DNA of 64,000 bases from a candidate division WOR-3 bacterium (GCA_965649225.1 CBFGJX010000012.1:1-64000); one strand, 5' to 3'; positions 1 through 9,990 are shown, numbered from the stretch's first letter. Numbers and translations are program-made. The notes: generated by a model from the letters alone, not told the origin.

Positions 1-23
1 GTCTGCAGGAAGTCGGCTTCGGG

Positions 24-51
24 TTGACACGTTTGGTGAGCCAAATATGAT
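24..51 (+). promoter_or_regulatory. sigma70-like promoter for yjbQ-like gene
   Basis: TTGACA(24-29)-16 bp-TATGAT(46-51); GTG start 10 nt downstream. Confidence 0.7.
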
Positions 52-61
52 TGGGTACCGC

Positions 62-457
62 GTGAAGACCATTGCGATCAAAACCGGCCGCCGCGAAGAG
101 CTGGTCGACATCACGGCAATGGTCAACGAGGCGATCGCGGAGTCCCGAATTACCGCGGGCGTCTGCTTTCTGGCAGTGCCGCACACAACGGCAGCGGTGA
201 CGGTGAACGAGGGCTATGACCCGGACGTTGCTGCCGATATCATCAGCGGTCTCGCCCGGCTGGTACCGCGCTCGGCCGGCTATGCTCATGTCGAAGGCAA
301 TGCCGACGCGCACGTCAAGGCAACGCTGGTCGGTACCAGCGTGGTGCTGCCGGTGGCGGACGGGCGGCTGGTGCTCGGACGCTGGCAGGCGGTTTTCTTC
401 TGCGAGTTTGACGGGCCGCGCCGGCGTGAGGTTAGAGTAAAACTGATTGCCGGCTAA
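62..457 (+). CDS. yjbQ: YjbQ/UPF0047 family protein (secondary thiamine-phosphate synthase family)
   Basis: PHTTAAVTVNE..DPDV, H.EGNADAHVKA, LGRWQ.VFFCEFDGPRRR motifs; ATG at 47 lies inside the predicted -10, so GTG 62 preferred. Confidence 0.9.
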   Translation: MKTIAIKTGRREELVDITAMVNEAIAESRITAGVCFLAVPHTTAAVTVNEGYDPDVAADIISGLARLVPRSAGYAHVEGNADAHVKATLVGTSVVLPVADGRLVLGRWQAVFFCEFDGPRRREVRVKLIAG

Positions 458-534
458 CGGCAGGATTCTGGCTGTCGACCGCAAGACGCGGTCGGCGGAT
501 TGGCCGAACAGGTTCAGAGATACCCGGAGGACTT

Positions 535-1608
535 ATGCATAAGAAGCTCTTCATACCCGGGCCGACTGAGGTCCGCAAGGAGATTCTCGACGCTCAGGCC
601 CAGTGGATGATCGGTCACCGGTCCAAGGAGTTCGGTGAGCTCAACAAGCGCTGTGTCGAAAAGACCAAACAGGTACTGGGTACCAAAAACCATGTGATGT
701 GGTTTACCTCCTCGGGCACCGGCACGATGGAAGGGGCAATCCGCAACGTCGTGACCGGGCGGATACTTCACACCGTCAACGGTGCTTTCTCGGACCGCTG
801 GTTCAAGATTTCCAAAGCCTGCGGCAAGGATGCGGTAGCGCTCGCTGTCGAGTGGGGCAAGGCGGTCAAGCCCGAAATGATTGACGCCGAGCTGGCGAAG
901 GGCGGCTACCAGGCGATTACGATCACTCAAAACGAAACCTCGACCGGGGTACGGGCGCCGATTGAAGATATCGCCAAAATGATGAAAGCCAAGTACCCTG
1001 ATGTGCTGATACTGGTCGATGCGGTGTCGTCACTGATGGGCGACTGGTTCGATATCGATGCGCTCGGCCTGGACATCGTTGTGGCGTCGTCGCAGAAGGC
1101 CGTCGCCCTGCCGCCGGGCCTGGCGGTTGCGGTTGTGTCGCAGCGGGCGCTGGACAAGTGTCGCACTGTGCCTGACCGCGGCTACTACTTCGACTACGAC
1201 GCAATGCTCAAACGTTACGAAAAGGACTTTCAGACGCCGACCACGCCGGCGATTTCGCTGTTCTGGGCGCTGGACAAGGAACTTGACTACATTCTTGCCG
1301 AGGGCATGCGCAACCGCTATGAACGGCATCTGGCAATGGCGCGTTACACCCGGGAGTGGGCAGCGCGCTACTTCGCCGCGTTTGCCGAGCCGGGTTACGA
1401 GTCGGTGACACTGACCACGGTAGCCAACAACCGCGGTATCAGTGTCAAGGACCTCAATGCCGAACTCGGCAAACTGGGAATGCAGATTTCCAACGGCTAC
1501 GGCGACCTGAAAGAGAAGACCTTCCGAATTGCCCATATGGGCGACCTGACGATGGACGATGTCAAGCAGGTAACGGCGGCCATCGTCGAAGTGCTGAAAC
1601 TCAGTTAG
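535..1608 (+). CDS. PLP-dependent class V aminotransferase (serine-pyruvate/alanine-glyoxylate family)
   Basis: LFIPGPT, SSGTGTMEG, NETSTGV, VDAVSS, SSQKAVALPPG (PLP lysine), FRIAHMG; SD GGAGG upstream. Confidence 0.92.
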   Translation: MHKKLFIPGPTEVRKEILDAQAQWMIGHRSKEFGELNKRCVEKTKQVLGTKNHVMWFTSSGTGTMEGAIRNVVTGRILHTVNGAFSDRWFKISKACGKDAVALAVEWGKAVKPEMIDAELAKGGYQAITITQNETSTGVRAPIEDIAKMMKAKYPDVLILVDAVSSLMGDWFDIDALGLDIVVASSQKAVALPPGLAVAVVSQRALDKCRTVPDRGYYFDYDAMLKRYEKDFQTPTTPAISLFWALDKELDYILAEGMRNRYERHLAMARYTREWAARYFAAFAEPGYESVTLTTVANNRGISVKDLNAELGKLGMQISNGYGDLKEKTFRIAHMGDLTMDDVKQVTAAIVEVLKLS

Positions 1609-1666
1609 TCCCGGCTGCACCCGGCCAGCGGGTGCAGGGAAAGGAGGCAGGCTGGTTCCGTCGCTG

Positions 1667-3919
1667 GTGTTGTCGGTCCTGCTGGCAGCAAGCGCGGCAG
1701 AGCCAGCCTGCCGTTTTCGTCCCGAACCGTATGCCGCCGCCGGGACAGTTCTCTGTGCTAACGGGCTGGCGATCGGTGCCGATTCAGCACTGGCGGTACT
1801 GGACAGTGTTCGCAGCGGGCAGGTGCTGCTGGCAGCACTCCGGACACCCGTCGATTCTGCGGCGCTGGCCGAGCTGCGTCGCGCGGGTTTCGAGCCGCTG
1901 GCCGGAGTCTGGCCCCAGGCGGTCGTGCTCCGTGCGAGGCTGAAGCCGGCCGGCGCGCTGCCAAGCTGTCTGCTCTGGCTGGCACCCTTGCCGGCGGCAG
2001 CGAAACTTGCTCCTGATTTGCCTGCCGATGGTGAATCTGAGCTGGTGGCGGCGGTCTGGCCGGGGGTAGTTCCGGAATCACTCAGCCGCGGTTTGTGGGC
2101 ATTGGGGGCGGTTGTACGCCGGTGTGGCGAGCGGACGATTGAGTTTGACGGGCCGATTGGAGCAGCGCGGGCAGTGGCAGGACTGGACGGGATCGCCTGG
2201 ATTCAACCCCGGGTGAACGCGCAACCGTTCAACGATCAGGTACAGTGGGTACTGCAGGTTGGCTGGTTTCCTGAGGAGCCGTTACCCGAGACCGCCCGAC
2301 CGATCTGGCAGCGCGGTATCCGCGGTCAGGGAGTCGTGGCCGGCATTTTTGACTCCGGGCTTTATACCGAGCACAACATGTTTCGCGATGACCAGTTGGC
2401 CATAACCCGGCCCGGCATCTATCCCGAACACCGCAAAGTTGCTGCATACAAGCTGTACCGTAATGCCCATTTCGGTGATAACAGCGGTATTGGCTACCAC
2501 GGCTCTGCCGTTGCCGGTTGTCTTGCCGGTGATGACTCGGCAGTCGGCGGGGCGAGCCGGCTTGATGGCATCGCTCCTGAATGCCGGCTCTATCTGGTTG
2601 ACAATGGTACTGCCTACGGAACTTATGTTTTTGACCCCGACATGACGGAGTTGCTTGATTCAGCCCGGCTGTCGCTGGGCATGGCCGAGCCGGTCAAACT
2701 TGCTTCCGGGTCGTTTGGTTCGGGCATCGCGCTCGGATATTACCGGCTGGAGGAGGCAACAGTTGATGCGGTGCTCTGGCAGGACAAGTGGTTCACACTG
2801 GTCTGGGCGGCGGGCAATTTCGGCCGCGGTACTTACAACATTGCCCATCCCGCCGGGGCCAAGAGCGTTCTCACCGTCGGTGCCACCGGCAACGGTATCG
2901 CTGCCAACCAGACGGCGACATTTTCCTCGCGCGGGCCGATGCGTGACGGCCGCATCAAGCCGGAGGTCGTCAGCCCGGGTGAGGGTGTCTGGACCGTATA
3001 TGGCGACAGCAGCGCAAGTTTCCGGGTGCGCAACGGCACCAGTTTTGCGGCGCCCGGGGTGGCGGGAGCGCTGGCGCTGGCAAAACAGTATCTGCGCGAT
3101 GGCTGGTATCCGCTGGGCCGACCGGAGCCGGGTAATGCATGGCCGCGGGTAACCAGCGCGCTGTTGCGGGCGCTGGCAGTGGCCGGGGCCGACCCGAATG
3201 CCGGCAGCGGCTATGTGCCCAGCCCGGATTTCGGCTGGGGCAGGTTCAATCTCGGTCGGGTGCTGCGGTTCGAGGGTGACAGCATCGCGCTTGGTTTGTT
3301 TGAGGACACTGTCGGCATCAGTACCGGCGAGTACCGGGAATACTCTTTCCAGTTGGCAATCCGACAGCCACTGCGGGTTGTGCTGGCCTGGACCGATACC
3401 GCCGCACCGCCGTTTCCGGCGGCAGCGATCGTCAACGACCTCGACCTGGAGCTGGTCGGTCCGGATGGCAGTTGCTTTCGGGGCAATCAGATTTTCTACG
3501 GTCAATCGGTGCCCAGTCCGGCGGGACGCGACGAGTGCAATACGATTGAGGTCTGCATACTTGATCTGCCGCTCGCCGGCCGCTGGATTGTCCGGGTCCT
3601 GGGCCGCAGTGTTTACACTCCCCGACAGCCCTACGCGGTGGCAGTCAGGTCGGGACCGGCTCCCCTTTCGGAAGTGAGGGAAACGCGTTCAGCGCAACTG
3701 CCGGGACGTGTCGGTTCGGCCGGCGTCTGCCGGCTTGAATTCTTTGGCCCGGGCCGGCTGACGGTTTTCAGCTCTGACGGCCGGGTCGTCGCTGCGGCCG
3801 CACTGGGGCCGGGCCATCAGCACTGGCAGAACACCGGGCTGGCAGCCGGCGTCTATGTTGTCCGGTACAGGGATGCGAAGGCAGCAACCGAAACGAGGCG
3901 ACTGCTGGTAGTCAGATAG
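1667..3919 (+). CDS. Secreted S8 (subtilisin-like) serine peptidase with C-terminal beta-sandwich and T9SS-like sorting domain
   Basis: Catalytic triad GIFDSG / YHGSAVAG / NGTSFAAP, AAGN oxyanion motif, FSSRGP..DGRIKPE, LAWTD..NDLDL; C-term GLAAGVYVVR..TRRLLVVR; start uncertain (CTG 1652 possible). Confidence 0.88.
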   Translation: MLSVLLAASAAEPACRFRPEPYAAAGTVLCANGLAIGADSALAVLDSVRSGQVLLAALRTPVDSAALAELRRAGFEPLAGVWPQAVVLRARLKPAGALPSCLLWLAPLPAAAKLAPDLPADGESELVAAVWPGVVPESLSRGLWALGAVVRRCGERTIEFDGPIGAARAVAGLDGIAWIQPRVNAQPFNDQVQWVLQVGWFPEEPLPETARPIWQRGIRGQGVVAGIFDSGLYTEHNMFRDDQLAITRPGIYPEHRKVAAYKLYRNAHFGDNSGIGYHGSAVAGCLAGDDSAVGGASRLDGIAPECRLYLVDNGTAYGTYVFDPDMTELLDSARLSLGMAEPVKLASGSFGSGIALGYYRLEEATVDAVLWQDKWFTLVWAAGNFGRGTYNIAHPAGAKSVLTVGATGNGIAANQTATFSSRGPMRDGRIKPEVVSPGEGVWTVYGDSSASFRVRNGTSFAAPGVAGALALAKQYLRDGWYPLGRPEPGNAWPRVTSALLRALAVAGADPNAGSGYVPSPDFGWGRFNLGRVLRFEGDSIALGLFEDTVGISTGEYREYSFQLAIRQPLRVVLAWTDTAAPPFPAAAIVNDLDLELVGPDGSCFRGNQIFYGQSVPSPAGRDECNTIEVCILDLPLAGRWIVRVLGRSVYTPRQPYAVAVRSGPAPLSEVRETRSAQLPGRVGSAGVCRLEFFGPGRLTVFSSDGRVVAAAALGPGHQHWQNTGLAAGVYVVRYRDAKAATETRRLLVVR

Positions 3920-3922
3920 TCG

Positions 3923-4831
3923 TCACGGGATCAGACTGGCGGCCCACTTGTTGTGAATCAGGAGCTGACGGTGCCACATAAGGCCGGCAACCCGTACGCC
4001 GGTGATTGAGTTCAGTTCGGCGACAGCGTCCCACAGCCCGGCAGTTCCCCAGACGTCGCGTTCGACCTGCAGGTGACGGTCGCGAAACCGGCGGCCGTCG
4101 AAAACCAGCGTGAATCCGGTCTCGCCGAGCAGTCGGCTGAGTTCGTCGGGGCGATGGCCGGTGTCCAGCAGGAAATGGTAGTGGCCGAAGTTCTCGGCGC
4201 GCGACCAGTCCAGTTCCGGTTGAACACGGACGATTCCGGCAGAATTGAATCTGCTCCAGAGCAGCCGGTCGAGTTTGGCCCGGACCCAGTTCTGGTCGCG
4301 GTTCAGGGCATCGGCGATTCCGGCAGCATCGAGCCAGGGTTGCTTGAGCAGCAGTCGGGCAAGGGCGGTTTCTTCGCTTGACAGAGGCTGACGGACCGGA
4401 AATGTCCAGCTCATCAGCTGGTGCACTTCGTGATAGCCGATTTCGGGAATGGCAGAAATGAACCGGGATTCGCTGACGAAGTCGCGCGAGTAGAAAAGCA
4501 CCGCCAGCCCCGGACCGATGCCGCCGGGCAAACAGTCGTTGACAATCAGTTCGGTGACGAAGGGTAGACGCGCGGCCAGCAGGTTGCCGATGCCGACGTC
4601 CCGCTCGCCGGCAATCAGGACGGCACCCAGTACCCAGTCGCCGCCGGCCAGCGGCGGTACTGTCAGGGTTGTTTTCCAGCCGCGGATCAGGCCGCCCGCG
4701 GCCAGCCGGGCGAGACGCCGGCCGTATTCTTCGGCGGTCAAGCCCGCTTCGGTCAGTTCCGGTTCGGTGGCGAACCGGCCACGGGCTTCGGCCAGCCGGA
4801 TCGCATTGACATCGCCGGGCTCGAGTATCAC
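3923..4831 (-). CDS. Tandem Lrp/AsnC-like protein (two winged HTH + ferredoxin-like repeats)
   Basis: N-term D..AIRL...RGR...GLT..EY.RRL.RL...GLI.G and second LS.EE..LARLL....DA..IA..L..DQ.WV..KLDRL repeat. Confidence 0.6.
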   Translation of the reverse strand: MILEPGDVNAIRLAEARGRFATEPELTEAGLTAEEYGRRLARLAAGGLIRGWKTTLTVPPLAGGDWVLGAVLIAGERDVGIGNLLAARLPFVTELIVNDCLPGGIGPGLAVLFYSRDFVSESRFISAIPEIGYHEVHQLMSWTFPVRQPLSSEETALARLLLKQPWLDAAGIADALNRDQNWVRAKLDRLLWSRFNSAGIVRVQPELDWSRAENFGHYHFLLDTGHRPDELSRLLGETGFTLVFDGRRFRDRHLQVERDVWGTAGLWDAVAELNSITGVRVAGLMWHRQLLIHNKWAASLIP

Positions 4832-4840
4832 TGTGCCGCC

Positions 4841-4869
4841 AATCTAACGGCTGATGGTGTGTCCGTCAA
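4841..4869 (-). promoter_or_regulatory. sigma70-like promoter for Lrp-like gene (near-leaderless)
   Basis: Minus strand TTGACG-17-TAGATT, GTG 9 nt downstream. Confidence 0.6.
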
Positions 4870-4885
4870 CTTGGGTCGGACAGTA

Positions 4886-6181
4886 TCAGTAGGCACCCCG
4901 GCGGGAGAGTACGGCGGGGATTGTCTTGAGAATAATCTTGATGTCGTCCCACAGTGTCCATTGCTGAACATAACGGGTGTCGAGCTCGACGCGGGTATCG
5001 TAGCTGGCATCGGAACGACCCGATACCTGCCAGAGGCCGGTGGCACCCGGCGGAACCCGGAACATCAAGAGTGAACGGTCTTTGTAGTACTTGACCTCAT
5101 CCTCAACGATCGGCCGGGGCCCGACGAAGCTCATTTGACCGGCAAGGATGTTGAAGAACTGGGGCAGTTCATCGATGGAGAACCGGCGCAGCCATTTGCC
5201 AATCCGGGTTACCCGCGGGTCGTTTTTGAGCTTGAAGGTTGTTTCAAATTCCCGTTTGAGTTCGGGGTTCGATTCGAGCAGTTCCTTCAGTCGTGCCGCG
5301 GCATCGCGGTGCATGGTGCGGAATTTGAGTACATACAGGTCACGCATGTTACGTCCGAGCCGGCGGTGGCGGAAGAACACCGGCCCGGGGCTGTCGAGTT
5401 TGATCAGGATACTGACGACCAGCAGCAGGGGGGACAGCAGCGTCAGCGCGATTGCCGATACCACCAGGTCAACGATGCGTTTCAGCCGGCGGTAGATACC
5501 GTTGAGCGAGTAGGATGCAACGGCACGCGGGTGCGGTCCGAAAAGATAGCTGGCAAGTCGAAATGCCGGAATGCCGACGAAGTCGACGAAGTAGTTCTGG
5601 GAAAGACCGGCAACGGCGTATTCGGTACGCGGGTCGGCAACATCAACGAGAATCGTGTCGTAATCCGGAATGCAGCCGTGTTTGTCGGCATGCTGTTCAA
5701 GCCATCCGGGGAGGTCATCAATCGGGATGATTTCCCGGCATTCGAATCCCCACCAGCGCAGGAGACCGAGGCGATGAGCGTTGATGTCGGTCACCAGCAG
5801 GGCGGGTTGGCGGGTGATCCGCCGAATGGCCATGCCGATCAGCGGGGCGACAAAAGAGAGCCATGCCCAAAGCACCAGCCAGAACCGGACGGTGAGTTCT
5901 TCGCACCAGGGCCAGATACTGTGAAGGGCACCATAGGCGACGTAGGTCATCCCGAACGCAGCCTGAGTACGAAGGGTCAGGCCAAAGGACCCGCGGGCCA
6001 GGGTTTCGAATTCGCCGACAACATAGCTGGTTATGGCAAGAATTGCCCAGACCGCCACGACGCTGGTGACACCCTGTGATTCAGGCACCAGCAGGTTGCG
6101 GGCAATTGTGATAAACAACAGCAAAGACAGCAACTCGAGTACGACCAGCCATGCCCGGTTGTTGTTCTGGTTGTCTTTCAT
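4886..6181 (-). CDS. Undecaprenyl-phosphate sugar phosphotransferase (WbaP/WcaJ family)
   Basis: N-terminal TM helices, then KRIVD..., DSPGPVFF, KFRTM, KNDPRVTRIG.WLR.FSIDELPQ, MSFVGPRP, PGATGLWQVSGR. Confidence 0.92.
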   Translation of the reverse strand: MKDNQNNNRAWLVVLELLSLLLFITIARNLLVPESQGVTSVVAVWAILAITSYVVGEFETLARGSFGLTLRTQAAFGMTYVAYGALHSIWPWCEELTVRFWLVLWAWLSFVAPLIGMAIRRITRQPALLVTDINAHRLGLLRWWGFECREIIPIDDLPGWLEQHADKHGCIPDYDTILVDVADPRTEYAVAGLSQNYFVDFVGIPAFRLASYLFGPHPRAVASYSLNGIYRRLKRIVDLVVSAIALTLLSPLLLVVSILIKLDSPGPVFFRHRRLGRNMRDLYVLKFRTMHRDAAARLKELLESNPELKREFETTFKLKNDPRVTRIGKWLRRFSIDELPQFFNILAGQMSFVGPRPIVEDEVKYYKDRSLLMFRVPPGATGLWQVSGRSDASYDTRVELDTRYVQQWTLWDDIKIILKTIPAVLSRRGAY

Positions 6182-6202
6182 CTGGCGTCGGTTGCCCGGC
6201 CA

Positions 6203-6230
6203 AGTCTAGCCTCGTCGGTGATGCAGTCAA
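6203..6230 (-). promoter_or_regulatory. sigma70-like promoter for sugar transferase
   Basis: Minus strand TTGACT-16-TAGACT. Confidence 0.65.
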
Positions 6231-6245
6231 GGCGACACCGGGTGT

Positions 6246-6274
6246 TTGCCTTTGCAGTAATGGCGTGGTAAACT
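6246..6274 (+). promoter_or_regulatory. sigma70-like promoter for uvrA (leaderless)
   Basis: TTGCCT-17-TAAACT with extended TG; ATG 8 nt downstream, no SD. Confidence 0.6.
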
Positions 6275-6282
6275 GAGTCTTG

Positions 6283-9153
6283 ATGCCGGATGAGTTCATT
6301 CGCATTCGCGGCGCACGCGAGCACAATTTGAAGAACATCGATCTTGACATTCCAAGAGGGAAGCTGGTTGTGTTTACCGGCCTGTCCGGGTCAGGGAAAT
6401 CGTCGTTGGCCTTCGATACCATCTACGCCGAGGGTCAGCGGCGCTATATCGAATCGCTGTCGGCCTATGCCCGTCAGTTTCTGGGCATGCTGGAGAAGCC
6501 GGACTGCGATTCGATTACCGGGCTGCCACCGGCCATTGCCATCGAGCAGCGGACCTCGGCGCGCAATCCCCGCTCGACCGTGGCCACCGTCACCGAGATT
6601 TATGACTATCTGCGCCTGCTCTATGCCCGGGTTGGCCGGCCGTTCTGTCCGCGCTGTCAGAAGCCGATCACATCCCAGACCAGCGATGCAATCGTCGATG
6701 CGATTCTGGCCGAGCAGCCCGGTGAGCGCTTTGCCCTGCTTGCGCCACTGGTGCGGGGTCGCAAGGGCGAGTATCGAGAACTCTTCTCCAAGTATCGACG
6801 CAGCGGTTATCTGCGGGTAAGGGTCGACGGCACGGTTCACGAACTCGACAGCGTACCGCCGCTGGACCGCTACAAGCCTCATACGATCGAACTGATAATC
6901 GACCGACTGACCGTGCGGCCCGAGTCGAGATCGCGGCTGGCCGATTCGGTGGAGCTGGCACTGCGGGAAGGCGAAGGTCGCTGCATTGTTGTTTTCGGTC
7001 CGCTGGACAACACCGGGCCGGGTGAACGGCGGGAACGGCTTTTTTCAACCGCCCTTGCCTGTCCCGACTGCGGTTTCTCGTTCGAGGAGATTACGCCGCG
7101 GTTGTTTTCGTTCAATTCGCCGTACGGAGCCTGTCCGCGTTGCCACGGCCTCGGGACGATGATGGAGGTCGATCCGGACCGGCTTGTTGCCGACCCCAAG
7201 CTTTCGATCATGGATGGTGCGCTGGCGGTCTGGGGCGAGGTGACCGACCGCGGCGAGTGGCTGCATTCACGTCTGCGGGCACTGGCGCGGACTCACGGTT
7301 TTCGGCTGGACACACCGTGGCGACGGCTGCCGGCACGCATCCGCCGCATTGTTCTGCACGGTTCGGCGGCCGAGATGCGGGTTCGTTATGTCGGGAAGGA
7401 ACACGAGTGGACATGGGATGCGACCTGGGAAGGTATCGTTCCGTGGCTTGAGCGGCTCTACCGCCAGACCGATTCAGACGCCCGGCGCGAGTGGGTGGAG
7501 CGATTCATGTCGATACTGCCCTGCCCGGCCTGTGGCGGTCAGCGGCTGAAGCCGGAAGCGCTGGCGGTGCGGATCGGTGACCGCAGTATCGGCGAGATGG
7601 TCAGACTGTCGGTTGACCGGGCATGGGATTACTTCAGCCGTGAACTGGTGCTGGGTCCGGCAGAGGAACTGGTCGCACGGGACATCCGCAAGGAACTGTG
7701 TCAGCGGTTGAGTTTTCTGCGTTCAGTCGGACTCGGCTATTTGACGCTTGACCGCACCGCTCAGACGCTGGGCGGGGGGGAGGCGCAGCGGGTGCGGCTG
7801 GCAACTCAGATTGGTTCCGGCCTGGTTGGCGTCTGTTACATTCTCGACGAGCCCTCTATCGGTCTGCATCAGCGCGACAATCGGATGCTGCTGGATACCC
7901 TGCTGCGGCTGCGTGACATAGGCAATACTGTTATCGTGGTCGAGCATGATGAGGAGACGATTCGGGCGGCCGATTTTGTGGTTGACCTCGGCCCCGGCGC
8001 CGGTCAGCAGGGCGGCCGGATTGTGGCCCAAGGCCGGCCGGATGACATTGCCCGAGCACCGGATTCGCTGACCGGCGGTTATCTTTCCGGCGCCCGGACG
8101 ATTGCGTTGCCTTCCGAACGCCGACAACCCGGTCCGGCGCGGCTGACAGTGCGGGGATGTCGCGAGAACAATCTCAAGGGGATTGATATTGAGGTGCCGC
8201 TCGGGCTGCTGGTGTGTGTGACCGGGGTTTCGGGGTCAGGCAAGAGCACATTCATGCATGACATTCTCTATCGGGCGCTGGCGCGACAACTGCATGGTGC
8301 GTACGACAAGCCTGGCCGCCACGACCGAATTGAGGGGATCGAGCACGTTGACAAAGTTGTCAATATCGACCAGTCGCCGATCGGGCGAACTCCGCGATCG
8401 AACCCGGCAACCTACACTGACGCTTTCGGGCCGATTCGGCAGCTTTTCGCCCAGACCCGTGAGGCGCGGGTGCGGGGTTTCAAACCGGGCCGGTTCTCTT
8501 TCAACGTCAAAGGCGGACGCTGCGAGGCCTGCGCGGGTGACGGCATCATCAAGGTCGAAATGCACTTCCTGCCCGATGTCTATGTCACCTGCGAAGGATG
8601 CAAGGGACGCCGCTACAACCGTGAGACGCTGGAAGTGAAATTCAAGGGTCGCAACATCAGCGAGGTTCTGGAAATGAGTGTCAGCGAGGCATTGGAATTC
8701 TTTGCCAATGCCCCGGCAGTCGAGCGTCGGTTGCGGCTGCTGGCCGATGTCGGTCTGGGATACATCAAACTCGGTCAGCCGGCACCAACCTTGTCCGGCG
8801 GTGAGGCTCAGCGGATCAAGCTTGCCCGCGAGCTGGCAAAGATTGCGACCGGCCGGACGCTCTATCTGCTCGATGAACCGACCACCGGCCTGCATTTCGA
8901 GGACGTTCGGCTGCTGCTCGGTGTTCTGGACCGGCTGGTCAGCCGTGGCAATACGGTCGTTGTCATTGAACACAATCTTGAGGTGGTCAAGTGTGCGGAC
9001 TGGGTTATCGACCTTGGACCGGAAGGCGGCGAGGGGGGGGGTGAGCTGGTCGCAGTCGGGCCGCCGGAGGCGATTGCCGCCTGTCCCCGGTCTCACACCG
9101 GTCGGTTTCTGGGCCGGCTGCTGGGGCGGTCGGCAGCGGGTTCAGCCGGTTGA
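6283..9153 (+). CDS. uvrA: Excinuclease ABC subunit A
   Basis: GAREHNLKNI, GLSGSGKSSLAFDT, CxxC zinc modules, second Walker A GVSGSGKST, LSGGEAQRIKL, LDEPTTGLH. Confidence 0.98.
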   Translation: MPDEFIRIRGAREHNLKNIDLDIPRGKLVVFTGLSGSGKSSLAFDTIYAEGQRRYIESLSAYARQFLGMLEKPDCDSITGLPPAIAIEQRTSARNPRSTVATVTEIYDYLRLLYARVGRPFCPRCQKPITSQTSDAIVDAILAEQPGERFALLAPLVRGRKGEYRELFSKYRRSGYLRVRVDGTVHELDSVPPLDRYKPHTIELIIDRLTVRPESRSRLADSVELALREGEGRCIVVFGPLDNTGPGERRERLFSTALACPDCGFSFEEITPRLFSFNSPYGACPRCHGLGTMMEVDPDRLVADPKLSIMDGALAVWGEVTDRGEWLHSRLRALARTHGFRLDTPWRRLPARIRRIVLHGSAAEMRVRYVGKEHEWTWDATWEGIVPWLERLYRQTDSDARREWVERFMSILPCPACGGQRLKPEALAVRIGDRSIGEMVRLSVDRAWDYFSRELVLGPAEELVARDIRKELCQRLSFLRSVGLGYLTLDRTAQTLGGGEAQRVRLATQIGSGLVGVCYILDEPSIGLHQRDNRMLLDTLLRLRDIGNTVIVVEHDEETIRAADFVVDLGPGAGQQGGRIVAQGRPDDIARAPDSLTGGYLSGARTIALPSERRQPGPARLTVRGCRENNLKGIDIEVPLGLLVCVTGVSGSGKSTFMHDILYRALARQLHGAYDKPGRHDRIEGIEHVDKVVNIDQSPIGRTPRSNPATYTDAFGPIRQLFAQTREARVRGFKPGRFSFNVKGGRCEACAGDGIIKVEMHFLPDVYVTCEGCKGRRYNRETLEVKFKGRNISEVLEMSVSEALEFFANAPAVERRLRLLADVGLGYIKLGQPAPTLSGGEAQRIKLARELAKIATGRTLYLLDEPTTGLHFEDVRLLLGVLDRLVSRGNTVVVIEHNLEVVKCADWVIDLGPEGGEGGGELVAVGPPEAIAACPRSHTGRFLGRLLGRSAAGSAG

Positions 9154-9957
9154 ATCAGCGGCCGCCGGCATAAGACAGTGGACGAAACGGCTGATGGACA
9201 GGCAGTGGCCGCTGGAGCGCTCGATTTCGATTACGACCCCGTTGAGCCGGCAGTCGTCCGTTGCCGCACGCAGTCGCAGCGGTACCATATCGATGATGCG
9301 GCGGAGTGAGGTTTCCCGCGTCATCCCGAGCACGCCGTCGAATGAACCGCACATCCCGATGTCGCTGATGTAGCCGGTGCCGGCTGGCAGTATCCTTTCG
9401 TCCGCGGTCTGGACGTGAGTATGGGTACCGACTACCGCCGACACCCGACCATCAAGGAACCAGCCCATAGCCTGTTTTTCGGCAGTTGCCTCGGCGTGGA
9501 AGTCGACAACGATGACCGGGGTCCGGTGCTGCAGTTCGTCAAGCACCGGCAGCAGCCGGCGGAACGGGCAGTCGAGCGGCTTCATGAAAACCCGGCCGGC
9601 AACATTCACGACTGCGACCCGGCATTCGGGCAGCTCGAATACCGACCAGCCCCGGCCGGGAGCCTGAGGTGGATAGTTCAATGGCCGCAGCAGTCGCCGG
9701 TCGCCGCTCAAAAAGTCCCAGATTTCCTTGCGGTCGAAGATGTGGTCACCGCTGGTGAGGCAGTCGATCCCGGCGGCGAACAACTCTTCGGCAATGGCGG
9801 GGGTGACGCCGTAACCGGCGGCGGCATTTTCACAATTGGCGGCGACAAAATCCAGTTTGAGCTGCGTGCGCAATCCGGGCAGGTTTGCGGTGACGGCACG
9901 GCGGCCCGGTTCAGCGCAAATGTCGCCAAGAAACAAAACCCGCAGAGTTTCACTCAT
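9142..9957 (-). CDS. ymdB: YmdB-family metallophosphoesterase (TIGR00282-like)
   Basis: LFLGDI, NCENAAAG, RPLNYP, VDFHAEATAEK, GTHTHVQTADE; directly downstream of rny. Confidence 0.93.
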   Translation of the reverse strand: MSETLRVLFLGDICAEPGRRAVTANLPGLRTQLKLDFVAANCENAAAGYGVTPAIAEELFAAGIDCLTSGDHIFDRKEIWDFLSGDRRLLRPLNYPPQAPGRGWSVFELPECRVAVVNVAGRVFMKPLDCPFRRLLPVLDELQHRTPVIVVDFHAEATAEKQAMGWFLDGRVSAVVGTHTHVQTADERILPAGTGYISDIGMCGSFDGVLGMTRETSLRRIIDMVPLRLRAATDDCRLNGVVIEIERSSGHCLSISRFVHCLMPAAADSTG

Positions 9958-9990
9958 TGGCCTGTCGGCATCGGCACAGCCGGTCAGGAG

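Noticed and set aside
9033..9041. G9 tract in uvrA as phase-variation site
   Set aside because: In frame within the Gly-rich GPEGGEGGGE motif of a core gene; no other support
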